This document shows positions 19,967 through 28,581 of a stretch of DNA of 64,000 nt, piece after piece; position 1 is the stretch's first letter; the number at the start of each line of letters is the position of its first letter. The notes beneath the pieces were generated by a model. It was not told the DNA's origin. It saw only the letters and a program-made list of their open reading frames with translations, and did no database searches. Source of the DNA: Dehalococcoidia bacterium (GTDB taxonomy: Bacteria > Chloroflexota > Dehalococcoidia > Lucifugimonadales > UBA2985). The position numbers and the translations under genes are program-made. The stretch spans positions 2,845,324 to 2,909,323 of the forward strand of contig OZ244718.1 of NCBI GenBank assembly GCA_965218945.1, given 5' to 3'.

Positions 19967-22489
19967 ATGACAGAGCACCTGGAAGCCCAACCCCTCTCCG
20001 ACCTGCGCGTCGTCGACCTTACCCACGGCATAGCCGGCCCCTACTGCACCAAGCTCCTGGCCGACTTCGGCGCAGACGTCATCAAGGTGGAGCGCCCCGG
20101 CTCCGGCGACTACGCCCGGGCCGAGGGGCCATTCCCTCAAGATGTACCTCACCCTGAGAAGAGCGGCCTCTTCCTGCACCTGAACACCAACAAGCGGAGC
20201 GTCACCCTGGACCTGAAGTCGCAGCAGGCCGTGGAGGTGGTCAAGGAGCTTGTGAAGAGCGCCGACGTGCTGGTCGAGAACTTCCGACCCGGAGTTATGA
20301 CCAACCTGGGTCTGGACTACGACACCCTTTCCAAGATCAACCCTGACCTGATTATGACCTCCATCTCCAACTTCGGGCAGACCGGCCCGTACCGGGACTA
20401 CCTGGCCTCCGAGCTGACCCTCTTTGGAATGGGCGGCAGGATGCACGCCTCCGGCTTCCCGGAGCGCTACCCGCTCATGCTGGGAGGCAAGCACGTCCAG
20501 TACCAGGCAGGGAACAACGCCGCCATGGCGACCATGTTCGCCTTGCACGGGCGCAACTACCAGGGCATGGGCGGACAGCTGGTGGACATCTCCATCTTCG
20601 AGACCCAGATGGCCTCCATCAACGGGCGGATGGTCGGCCTGCTCCAGTACCAGTACAACGGCGAGATAGGGCAGCGACTTGGCGGCGTCCGCATAGGCTA
20701 TCCGGCGGGCATCTACCCCTGCGCGGACGGCTACGTGAACATCACAGCGGGCGCCATGTTCTGGCCCCGCACCGTCGCCTTGCTGGGGATGCCCGAACTT
20801 GACGACTCCAAGTTCGCTCCCCCTATGGGGCAGCTGGACCTGGACGCCAAGCAGGAGTTCGAGGAGACCATCTGGCTGCCGTGGACGCTCTCGCGCACCA
20901 AGCTCGAGGTCGTGGCGGACTGCCAGAAGTTCGAGATACCGTCCGCGGGCATCAACAACATCGATGACGTCGTGGACCACCTTCCGCAGCTCCAGGAGAG
21001 AGGGTACTTTGTGGAGATTGACCACCCTGAGGCCGGGAAGTTCCGCTACACGGGCAGGCCCATAGTCACGGACGGCCGCTGGTGGCAGATACGCAGGCCG
21101 GCGCCCCTGCTGGGCCAGCACAACGATGAGGTCGCGGCGGAGGTGGAGAAGAGTCGCGCATCGACGAGTCCCGCCCCGGCCGCAGCGCCATCGGAGAGGA
21201 AGGCGAAGCTCCCTCTGGAGGGCATCAGAATCGCTGACATGACCGTGGTCCTGGCTGGCCCCTACTCCACCATGTTCCTGGGGGACATGGGCGCAGAGGT
21301 GATACGGGTGGAGTCGGTCAACGTGAAGCCCATCGGCAGCCGCGGCCCGGCGCGCGCCACCAAGGAGGAGGAGGCCAAGCGAGCCATTTCGACGTACCCT
21401 GACCGCGACCCGGGCCCGCGTCCCTGGAACCGCTCCGCCAACTTCAACGCCCACAATCGCAGCAAATACTCCATGACCGCTGACCTGCACACGCCGGAGG
21501 GCAAGGACATCATGCGCAGGCTGATTGAGATCAGCGACCTGTTCATGGAGAACAACGCCCTGGGATCCATGGAGCGCCTGGGCCTCACCTACGACGTGGT
21601 CAGCCAGTGGAACCCCCGCATCATCATGATCTCCACCACCGGCTTCGGGCACACCGGCCCCTGGTCCGGATACCGAGGCTTCGGGATGCAGTTCGAGGCC
21701 GCCTACGGCCACGCCTCCGTCATGGGGTACCCGGACATGGACGCAGAGGGCGTGCCCGCCGCCGTCCCGTCGGACGCCTCCACCGGCGTCACCATGGCCA
21801 TCGCCGCCCTCATGGCTCTTCGCCACAGGGAGAAGACCGGCAGGGGCATGTACATCGACATCTCCCTGGGCGAAAACTTCCTGCCCCATCTGGGCGAGCT
21901 GGTAATGGACTACACCATCAACGGCAGGGTCGCATCCACCCTGGGCAACCGGGACTACAAGCTGGTGCAGGGGGCGTACCGCTGCGCCGGTAACGACGAG
22001 TGGATCGCCATCTCCATCGGGAAGATTGAGGAATGGCAGACCCTTTGCCGACTGATGGGCAGGAACGAGCTTATGGAGGACGATCGCTTCGTCGATATGG
22101 AGAAGCTACGCGCCAACCACAACGAGGTGGACAGGACAATCGGGGCGTGGACGGTCGATAAGGACCCCATCCAGCTGTTCCACCTCCTCCAGAAGGAGAG
22201 CATCACCGCCGGGCCAATCATGCACGAGATCCACGCCTTCGCCGATCCCCACGTGAAGGAGCGTGAGTTCTTCCAGGAAGTCACGGCCCCGGAGCTGGGC
22301 ACTCACCTAAACCCCACCACGACCTTCAAGCTGTCCAAGGTTCCCTTCCCGAAGCTGAAGCCGCCGGTGCGCCTGGGCGAGGACAACGACTACGTGTACC
22401 GGGAAGTGCTGAAGATATCGGAGGAGGAGTACGACAAACTGAAGGCCCTGGGCCAGATAGGCATGGACTACGCGCCGCACGTGACGTAG
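19967..22489 (+). CDS. Family III CoA-transferase (CaiB/BaiF), two fused domains
   Basis: Two LxxxRVxDxT..AGP...GAxVI.VE and N.NK.S.T.DL repeats. Confidence 0.93.
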   Translation: MTEHLEAQPLSDLRVVDLTHGIAGPYCTKLLADFGADVIKVERPGSGDYARAEGPFPQDVPHPEKSGLFLHLNTNKRSVTLDLKSQQAVEVVKELVKSADVLVENFRPGVMTNLGLDYDTLSKINPDLIMTSISNFGQTGPYRDYLASELTLFGMGGRMHASGFPERYPLMLGGKHVQYQAGNNAAMATMFALHGRNYQGMGGQLVDISIFETQMASINGRMVGLLQYQYNGEIGQRLGGVRIGYPAGIYPCADGYVNITAGAMFWPRTVALLGMPELDDSKFAPPMGQLDLDAKQEFEETIWLPWTLSRTKLEVVADCQKFEIPSAGINNIDDVVDHLPQLQERGYFVEIDHPEAGKFRYTGRPIVTDGRWWQIRRPAPLLGQHNDEVAAEVEKSRASTSPAPAAAPSERKAKLPLEGIRIADMTVVLAGPYSTMFLGDMGAEVIRVESVNVKPIGSRGPARATKEEEAKRAISTYPDRDPGPRPWNRSANFNAHNRSKYSMTADLHTPEGKDIMRRLIEISDLFMENNALGSMERLGLTYDVVSQWNPRIIMISTTGFGHTGPWSGYRGFGMQFEAAYGHASVMGYPDMDAEGVPAAVPSDASTGVTMAIAALMALRHREKTGRGMYIDISLGENFLPHLGELVMDYTINGRVASTLGNRDYKLVQGAYRCAGNDEWIAISIGKIEEWQTLCRLMGRNELMEDDRFVDMEKLRANHNEVDRTIGAWTVDKDPIQLFHLLQKESITAGPIMHEIHAFADPHVKEREFFQEVTAPELGTHLNPTTTFKLSKVPFPKLKPPVRLGEDNDYVYREVLKISEEEYDKLKALGQIGMDYAPHVT

Positions 22490-22502
22490 ACAAGACGGCC
22501 GG

Positions 22503-22739
22503 ATGCCGACGATACTGAGAGAGGGGCCTTACAGGTTATACTTCGTGTCTGCCGATAGAGGTGAGCCGCCACACGTACACGTTCGTCGTGATGACGGATT
22601 CGCCAAGTTCTGGCTCCAACCAATTGAACTTCAGAGTAGCGGGAACTTCGGCAGGACAGAAGTGCTCACCATTCAGGGCATCGTAGAGAGGAACCAAATG
22701 GCGTTTCTGGAGGCTTGGAATGACTATTTCAGTAGTTGA
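22503..22739 (+). CDS. DUF4160 family protein (putative toxin of the DUF4160/DUF2442 TA pair)
   Basis: MPTILREGPYRLYFVS.D..EPPHVHV...AKFWL motif. Confidence 0.88.
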   Translation: MPTILREGPYRLYFVSADRGEPPHVHVRRDDGFAKFWLQPIELQSSGNFGRTEVLTIQGIVERNQMAFLEAWNDYFSS

Positions 22740-23499
22740 AATAGAAGTGCCTGGGGCCTTAAATGTTACAGCTACCGAGGACACGCTGACCGTAGACCTT
22801 GCCGATGGGCGGACGATCTCTACGCCATTGGTCTGGTATCCCCGGTTGGTTCACGCCACGCCACAGGAACGCGGCAGCTGGGAGCTGCACGCCGCAGGCC
22901 AACACATTCACTGGCCTGACCTGGATGAGGACCTCAGCGTTGAGGGCTTGCTTGCGGGCAGGAAGTCCGGCGAGGGTAGGAAGTCACTTGAGCGGTGGCT
23001 TGAGGCAAGGAAGGAAGGCCGTAGCGTGGCAATTCACGACATCGCAACTCAGGACTTCACAAGGTCAAATGAATTAAACCCAAACGCTGCACAATCTTAT
23101 ATCATGCGGGCAGTAGCCTTCCAACTGCAGGGCGATTACAACAGTGCCCTTCAGGACTACACCAGGGCAATAGAGTTGGAGCCAAGCTCTGCCAGTGCCT
23201 ACCACAGTCGAGGCACGACATACTGGTATCAAGGCAACTACGACCGCGCTACTCAGGACTTCAAAAAGGCGCTAGAGTTGGACCCCAGCATGTCCATTGC
23301 TTACCTCAGTCGTGGTTTGAGTTATCTAGTTGCGAAAGATTTATTTAATGCCATGTTGGATCTAAATGTTGCGCAGAATAGTGGATTCGACGTAGCTTCT
23401 GAATTCTGCCAAAACTTCGGGAGCGTTGAGGAATTTGAGCAGAAGTACAGTGTTCGACTGCCTGAAAACATTAAGGAGATGCTCACGCCTAAGCAGTGA
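22720..23499 (+). CDS. DUF2442 domain (putative antitoxin) fused to TPR repeats
   Basis: LADGRTISTPLVWYPRL...IHWPDLDEDLSVEGLL then ALQDYTRAIELEP / QDFKKALELDP TPRs. Confidence 0.85.
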   Translation: MTISVVEIEVPGALNVTATEDTLTVDLADGRTISTPLVWYPRLVHATPQERGSWELHAAGQHIHWPDLDEDLSVEGLLAGRKSGEGRKSLERWLEARKEGRSVAIHDIATQDFTRSNELNPNAAQSYIMRAVAFQLQGDYNSALQDYTRAIELEPSSASAYHSRGTTYWYQGNYDRATQDFKKALELDPSMSIAYLSRGLSYLVAKDLFNAMLDLNVAQNSGFDVASEFCQNFGSVEEFEQKYSVRLPENIKEMLTPKQ

Positions 23500-23529
23500 A
23501 TGCTAGTGAAACGGTGAAAGAGAACCATC

Positions 23530-24750
23530 ATGGACTTTGATTACCACTACACCGAGGAGCAGGAGACGTTCAGGCGGGAGGTGCGCGCCTGGCTGGAGGA
23601 GAACGTCCCCGACGACATGGCTGAGCCGGTGGACAGGAATGACTTGACCGACGAGCAGTACGCCTTCGCCCGCGACCTGGACGTGCGGCTGGCGGAAAAG
23701 GGCTGGCTGTCGCCAACCATGCCCACGGAGTACGGCGGAGGGGGATTGAGCCAGGAGCACGCGGCCATCATCGCTGAGGAGTTCTTCCGCAAGGGGCTGG
23801 TCTCGCCCGTCAGCGGCTCCGCTCCCCCGGCCCTTGTGGTCTGGGGGACGGAGGAGCAGAAGCAGGAGTTCCTGACGCCCATCCTGATGGGGGATAAGAC
23901 ATCGGTCATTCTCCTGACGGAACCCAAGGGCGGGGCCGACCTGGCCGCTCTGGAGACCCGCGCGGTCAGGGACGGGGACGACTGGCTCATCACCGGCGCC
24001 AAGTGCTTCATAAGCCATCGTCGCACGCCGGACCTCATGTTCGGGCCCGCGATCACTGACCCGGACTCGCCCCGTCATCGCAACCTGGGTTACTTCGTCA
24101 TACCGGTCCCGTCGCCCGGCCTAACGCTGGAGAAGCAGGACCTGCTGGTCGGAAACGAGCAGCTCTACATCCACATGGACAACGTCAGGGTGCCTGGCAG
24201 GAACCTGATTGGCGGCGACCACCAGGGCTGGCAGGTGACTCAGACGGCCCTGGGCGACGAGCAGGCGACTCCGGTGGTTGGCGTGCCCAGGCGTCCGCTG
24301 TTCCAGATGGACGCCATCCACGAGTGGTTCTCATGCTTCCCCTGGCAGGACATGGTGGGCTACCTGCAAACGACCCCGCGTGACGGTAAGTCCATCGGCG
24401 GCGATCCGCTGGTGCAGCAGACTGCCATCGACTGCTATCTGGAGGCGCACATCTACAACCTCCTGGCGCGCCGGAACTTCTGGATGCACCACAGCGGCGA
24501 GAAGTCGACCTACCACGGCCACGAGGCGGACGTGCACAAGAGGAGCATGTGCGTTCGCAACGTGACCAGGATCCGGGAGATTATGGGGATGTACACCCAT
24601 CTCAACGGCGAAGACCCGCTTGCGCCCCTGGGAGGGCTACCGGACGTCTGCGGCCGCGACGCCTACACGGCCCAGCACGGACACGGCAGCATGAACATCG
24701 CGAAAGTGGTGCTGGCCCGGCAGCTGGGCATCAGCCGGACGCAGCGATAG
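23530..24750 (+). CDS. Acyl-CoA dehydrogenase family protein
   Basis: FRREVRAWL, EYGGGG, GTEEQK, TEPKGGADLA and ITGAKCFIS motifs. Confidence 0.9.
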   Translation: MDFDYHYTEEQETFRREVRAWLEENVPDDMAEPVDRNDLTDEQYAFARDLDVRLAEKGWLSPTMPTEYGGGGLSQEHAAIIAEEFFRKGLVSPVSGSAPPALVVWGTEEQKQEFLTPILMGDKTSVILLTEPKGGADLAALETRAVRDGDDWLITGAKCFISHRRTPDLMFGPAITDPDSPRHRNLGYFVIPVPSPGLTLEKQDLLVGNEQLYIHMDNVRVPGRNLIGGDHQGWQVTQTALGDEQATPVVGVPRRPLFQMDAIHEWFSCFPWQDMVGYLQTTPRDGKSIGGDPLVQQTAIDCYLEAHIYNLLARRNFWMHHSGEKSTYHGHEADVHKRSMCVRNVTRIREIMGMYTHLNGEDPLAPLGGLPDVCGRDAYTAQHGHGSMNIAKVVLARQLGISRTQR

Positions 24751-24761
24751 GCCGGAGCCTA

Positions 24762-24812
24762 CGTCCTGGGAGACCCCAATCCCCTGTGGCGCGACGAGGA
24801 GTACGCAAAGGG
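24762..24812 (+). pseudogene. Fragment duplicating an internal segment of the MaoC-N gene (DPNPLWxDEEYAKG; partner about 25797-25847)
   Basis: GACCCCAATCCCCTGTGGCGCGACGAGGAGTACGCAAAGGG vs GACCCCAATCCTCTCTGGCACGACGAGGAGTACGCCAAGGG. Confidence 0.8.
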
Positions 24813-24824
24813 AGAAATGAGCCG

Positions 24825-25031
24825 ATGAAAATGATGGTAACGATTGACCGGGATGAAGACGGCGTCTGGATCGTAGAATGTCCGGCCATTCCGGGTTGCG
24901 TCAGCCAGGGAAACACCAAAGAGGAAGCCTTGGCCAACATACGGGAAGCCATCGCGCTCTGCTTGGAAGTGCGGGCCGAACAGGGCCTGCCGCTGAGCAT
25001 TGAGACGCAGAAGGTGGAAGTGGCGCTGTAA
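24825..25031 (+). CDS. hicB: HicB family antitoxin (short form)
   Basis: DEDGVWIVECPAIPGCVSQGNTKEEALANIREAIALCLE; real start ATG 24825. Confidence 0.9.
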   Translation: MKMMVTIDRDEDGVWIVECPAIPGCVSQGNTKEEALANIREAIALCLEVRAEQGLPLSIETQKVEVAL

Positions 25032-25100
25032 TGCCTCCCTTGCGGGCTTTGAGCAGCGAGCAAACGGTGCGCGTGATAATCAAGGCAAAAGACACCACAT
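25031..25100 (+). pseudogene. hicA: HicA toxin N-terminal stub, truncated just before the REP-GIY-YIG element
   Basis: TAATG overlap with hicB; MPPLRALSSEQTVRV resembles a HicA N-terminus; the GSH motif is absent. Confidence 0.65.
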
Positions 25101-25471
25101 CGTCATTCCGGCGGAAGCCGGAATCCAGAGGACACCCAAGTGAAACAGCCCTGTGTCTATATCATGGCAAGCAAACGCAACGGCACACTGTACATAGGAA
25201 CAACATCTAATCTTGTTCAGCGGGTCTGGCAGCACAAGAACGATATTGCAGCTGGGTTCACCAAACGTTATCGCGTGCACACTCTGGTTTGGTATGAAGG
25301 CCACGCAACAATGCTGAACGCAATTACTCGGGAGAAACTGCTCAAGGAGTGGAAACGGGTCTGGAAGCTCGATTTGATTGAGAGAATCAATCCGTCATGG
25401 CGGGATTTATATGCGGATGTGATATGAACAGGGTTCAGGCACCCTGGATTCCGGCTTCCGCCGGAATGACG
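25101..25471. mobile_element. GIY-YIG gene bracketed by perfect 28-bp inverted REP repeats (candidate mobile unit)
   Basis: CGTCATTCCGGCGGAAGCCGGAATCCAG (25101-25128) and its exact reverse complement (25444-25471). Confidence 0.7.
25140..25427 (+). CDS. GIY-YIG nuclease family protein (UPF0213-like)
   Basis: VYIMASKRNGTLYIGTTSNL..RVWQH...FT.RY...LVWYE...AI.REK.LK.W.R.WK. Confidence 0.93.
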   Translation: MKQPCVYIMASKRNGTLYIGTTSNLVQRVWQHKNDIAAGFTKRYRVHTLVWYEGHATMLNAITREKLLKEWKRVWKLDLIERINPSWRDLYADVI

Positions 25472-25639
25472 GGACGGGGGCTTATCTGTTTCTCCAGCAA
25501 TGACAGAAGCTACTAGGGAACCTACTATATAATGGAACTCAAGGATTACCAAGCCAGCAAGCTGAACGCCTCTGTCCGATGGCTGAACGCGCCAGTGCTA
25601 CCGGCGCCTCAGATAGGCCCGCCTAGGGAGGGATCCACC

Positions 25640-25687
25640 ATGTACTTTGATTACCACTACACGGAGGAGCGGGAGGTGTCGCCTTGA
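25640..25687 (+). pseudogene. Remnant of an acyl-CoA dehydrogenase 5' end (MYFDYHYTEEREV), coupled to MaoC-N
   Basis: Matches 23530-23585 with an internal deletion; its TGA overlaps the TTG start at 25684. Confidence 0.8.
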
Positions 25688-26160
25688 CCCAGGATCATGA
25701 CGGCCTTATTACCGAGGAGATGCGCAGGGCCATCGGCGTGGAGTCGGAGCCGGGCGTGATCGAGGTTGAGAAGGAGACCATCCGCAGGGTGGCCGACGCC
25801 TTGGACGACCCCAATCCTCTCTGGCACGACGAGGAGTACGCCAAGGGCACCTCCCGCGAGGGCATCATCGCCTTTCCAATCGCATTCCATCCCTCCACGC
25901 GCGCAGGGAGGCCCAACGCGAGCTACGAGAGCCCGGCCCGCGGCGGCGTGGTGGCCAACGACGAGTGGGAGTTCTTTGAGCCGGTCCGCCCGGGGGACAG
26001 GATAACCGTGACCACCAGGGTTGTAGACTTCTACGAGAGGGAGGGCAGGCAGGGAAGGATGCTCTTCACCGTTACGGAGACCACCTACCGGAACCAGCAC
26101 GGCCGCGTGGCGATGCTCCAGCGCAGGACTGGCGTGGGGTTCGCTCCGAGGAAGCAGTAA
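25684..26160 (+). CDS. MaoC-like dehydratase N-terminal (FAS1-like hotdog) subunit
   Basis: VEKETIRRVADALDDPNPLWHDEEYA; EWEFFEPVRPGD; GRQGRMLF. Confidence 0.88.
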   Translation: MTQDHDGLITEEMRRAIGVESEPGVIEVEKETIRRVADALDDPNPLWHDEEYAKGTSREGIIAFPIAFHPSTRAGRPNASYESPARGGVVANDEWEFFEPVRPGDRITVTTRVVDFYEREGRQGRMLFTVTETTYRNQHGRVAMLQRRTGVGFAPRKQ

Positions 26161-26172
26161 AGGAGCGGGCAA

Positions 26173-26595
26173 ATGGCGGAGCAGCTCTACTACGAGGATG
26201 TTTCGGAAGGGATGACCATACCCGGTCTGGAGAAGGTCGTCACCTCAAGGTCGCTGGTGATGTATTGCGCCGCCTACGAGGATTTTGCAGAGATACACCA
26301 CGATAAGGACGCAGCTCAGCAGGCGGGGTTCCCCAGTACCGTTGTGCCCGGCCTGTTCACCAGCGCGTTCCTGGCGCAGATGCTGACAGATTGGATCACA
26401 CCGGAGGGCAGCATCAGGAGGCTTCAGGCCAACTACCGGCGTCCCCACTTCTCAGGCGAAAAGGTCGTCTGCAAGGGGCGCGTGACCGCTATGCGCGTCG
26501 AGGAGGGAGAGCGCCTGGTCGAGTGCGAGGTGTGGGTCGAGAACGCGGAGGGCGAGACGAGTACGACCGGGAGCGCGGTGGTGATCCTGCCTTAA
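26173..26595 (+). CDS. MaoC family dehydratase
   Basis: YYEDVSEG, DFAEIHHD..AA..AGF..VVPG hydratase motif. Confidence 0.9.
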   Translation: MAEQLYYEDVSEGMTIPGLEKVVTSRSLVMYCAAYEDFAEIHHDKDAAQQAGFPSTVVPGLFTSAFLAQMLTDWITPEGSIRRLQANYRRPHFSGEKVVCKGRVTAMRVEEGERLVECEVWVENAEGETSTTGSAVVILP

Positions 26596-26629
26596 CGCTA
26601 GCCTCTGGCGTGCGGCTGTCACTCATCCA

Positions 26630-26854
26630 CTAGGCCCCGGACGCCACCGCTACTTCCACAATGTCGGCGGTGGCCTGGGGTTTGGGGATAGGCTCCCCAT
26701 CTTGACGCATACCCTCTATGTGGAACTCGATCGCTTCCCGGATTTCCTTAAGCAGCGCATCGCGGGTGCTGGCTGTAGCCACGCAGCCTGGCAGGTCCGG
26801 CACATAGGCCGCGTAGTTGTTGGGAGTCTTTTCAATTACGACAGTGTATTTCAT
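26630..26854 (-). CDS. hicB: HicB family antitoxin
   Basis: YTVVIEKTPNNYAAYVPDLPGCVAT...IREAIEFHIEG. Confidence 0.93.
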   Translation of the reverse strand: MKYTVVIEKTPNNYAAYVPDLPGCVATASTRDALLKEIREAIEFHIEGMRQDGEPIPKPQATADIVEVAVASGA

Positions 26855-26862
26855 GGTCTAGG

Positions 26863-27054
26863 TTACTCCTTGAGGCCGGACTGCTTCAAAACGCTGTCCC
26901 AAGTACCAGGGGGCAGATCGTCACCTGACTTGCCGGGTATAGTAACGCGGCCGGGTTTAACAGGATGCTTGTATTGTCTGTGGCTTCCCCTTGTCCGAAC
27001 CAAGCGCCATCCGTCCCTCTCTATCAATTCAATTGCTTCTCTAACCTTTGGCAC
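26863..27054 (-). CDS. hicA: HicA family toxin
   Basis: DGWRLVRTRGSHRQYKHP.KPGRVTIPG...GT..SVLKQSGL. Confidence 0.93.
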   Translation of the reverse strand: MPKVREAIELIERDGWRLVRTRGSHRQYKHPVKPGRVTIPGKSGDDLPPGTWDSVLKQSGLKE

Positions 27055-27247
27055 GTTTAAATTGTCTCACGCCTAAAGGTAGTCTCCCGTGTCTTGGGTA
27101 CCGGCAACTTTCCCATCTGAATCCGCTTTCTGGGGTCTGCCCTCAAGCCTCCGGCTGATAAGCCCTGAGATAGTCCAAGAATAGGCGCGCAGGCACATAC
27201 AGTCAATGCCGGTCAGGGCAACGACTCCAAGAATACAACCTCTCTTC

Positions 27248-27367
27248 CAAGGGGCGCGTGACCGCTATGCGCGTCGAGGGGGGAGAGAGCCTGGTCGAGT
27301 GCGAGGTGTGGGTTGAGAACGCTGAGGGCGAGACGAGTACGACCGGGAGCGCGGTGGTGGTCCTGCC
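27248..27367 (+). repeat. 120-bp direct repeat of the maoC 3' end (partner 26472-26591)
   Basis: 5 mismatches in 120 bp counted by eye; this copy continues VVLPSRSTG*. Confidence 0.92.
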
Positions 27368-28530
27368 GTCCCGCTCGACCGGCTAGCCGGACGCGGGCGG
27401 CCGAGAGGGTCCAGGAACACATAGTCTGAGGAGTCCCCACTCTCCTGAGCTATCATCGTCTTCGCTTCGGCTGCGACAACGGTTGTTTTCCCGGCCAGGT
27501 AATGGCTGATCTGGGTCACGCTCACTCTTTTCGTCGCCTTGCTGGCAAGTATGCCCGCTGTGAGACCGGCCAGCAGCGCAACGCCCGCCGGCCCACTCGC
27601 GGCTCCGACAAGCGCGACCGCCGACAGCGTCGCTCCCGCGCCAACACCACCCCTGAGTTGGCCGTCGATCAGCTCTGCGTACTCGCCGGTCTCGTGCGCC
27701 TTGTGAAAGGCCTTAGCCAGGGACACGACCGTCACAATGAGCAGCAGCGGGTTGGCGCTGATGGCGGCCGACAGTCCCATGCCTCCTACCAGCCTGGCAA
27801 AGGTCGCGGTCTGAGCGCGGTTCCAGCTGAAGGTCAATGCGACTGCCCCGACCGCGCCGCCGAGCAGCTCCGCAGCATCATAGGTGTTCAGGTCGTAGAA
27901 CCACCCCTTTGGTATGTTGAAGCCCGACTCCAGCGCGCCGGCCACCCGGTCGAAGGTGGCATTGTCCCAGTTCGCAAGGGGAAGGCCCCTGATGGGTGTC
28001 ACGCCTCTGAGGAGTCCCTGAACCGTGCCCAAGCCCTCCCGGACGATGCTGTCCTCTGGAGATGCACCCCCGGCCGCTCTGCCGGCTCCGAGAATGGTGT
28101 GTCCTCCGTCGAACAGCCTGTGGTAGGCGCTGCTGCCCGCCTGCGCTGCAAGATCCTCGGCGTCCATAGCCTTGTCGTAGATGGATTCGCTGCCCTTGAC
28201 CAAGTTCTGAAGCAGGTCGTTCAGGCCCTCGGACAGCCTTAGCGTCAGAATACTCTGGGTGGTTGACATCAGCGTAGTGGCGACAGAGGTGGTCGCGTCC
28301 CACGCGGTCCTTGAGCCGGTCTTCACACGCTCGGCCGTCGCATGGGTGACGTCCGACGCCGTCCTGGAAGCGCCATGCCCAACCGAAGTCGCGGTGTCCG
28401 CGAACTTCCTGGAGCCCCTCTTTACCTGTTTCGCCGCGGTGGTCTTAGAGCCGGACGTATCCTCGGCTCCTTCCGCGGTGGGCTGAAGCTCTTCCACGTT
28501 CAGATACTTCAATTCATCCGGGTTGGTCAT
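27265..28530 (-). CDS. Hypothetical protein with hydrophobic Gly/Ala-rich C-terminal helices
   Basis: 421-aa ORF with a HRLFDGGHT segment; the last ~35 codons are antisense to the maoC repeat. Confidence 0.65.
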   Translation of the reverse strand: MTNPDELKYLNVEELQPTAEGAEDTSGSKTTAAKQVKRGSRKFADTATSVGHGASRTASDVTHATAERVKTGSRTAWDATTSVATTLMSTTQSILTLRLSEGLNDLLQNLVKGSESIYDKAMDAEDLAAQAGSSAYHRLFDGGHTILGAGRAAGGASPEDSIVREGLGTVQGLLRGVTPIRGLPLANWDNATFDRVAGALESGFNIPKGWFYDLNTYDAAELLGGAVGAVALTFSWNRAQTATFARLVGGMGLSAAISANPLLLIVTVVSLAKAFHKAHETGEYAELIDGQLRGGVGAGATLSAVALVGAASGPAGVALLAGLTAGILASKATKRVSVTQISHYLAGKTTVVAAEAKTMIAQESGDSSDYVFLDPLGRPRPASRSSGTAGPPPRSRSYSSRPQRSQPTPRTRPGSLPPRRA

Positions 28531-28581
28531 ATCTCGATTATCCAGACTTGGGTGTAACCCAAGCGCTCTTGTCTCACCTTC

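Noticed and set aside
19859-21889. Long antisense ORFs (e.g. 19859-21889, 9591-10841, 45116-46543, 58128-59486, 5924-6910)
   Set aside because: Shadow frames opposite well-supported genes, expected at high GC3; no recognisable motifs
24549-25031. 160-aa extended HicB as given in the ORF track
   Set aside because: The extension overlaps acd and the maoC remnant; the real start is ATG 24825
27265-27390. Functional overlapping antisense coding between the 421-aa ORF tail and the maoC repeat
   Set aside because: The tail is low-complexity read-through into the duplicated segment, most simply a lost stop codon
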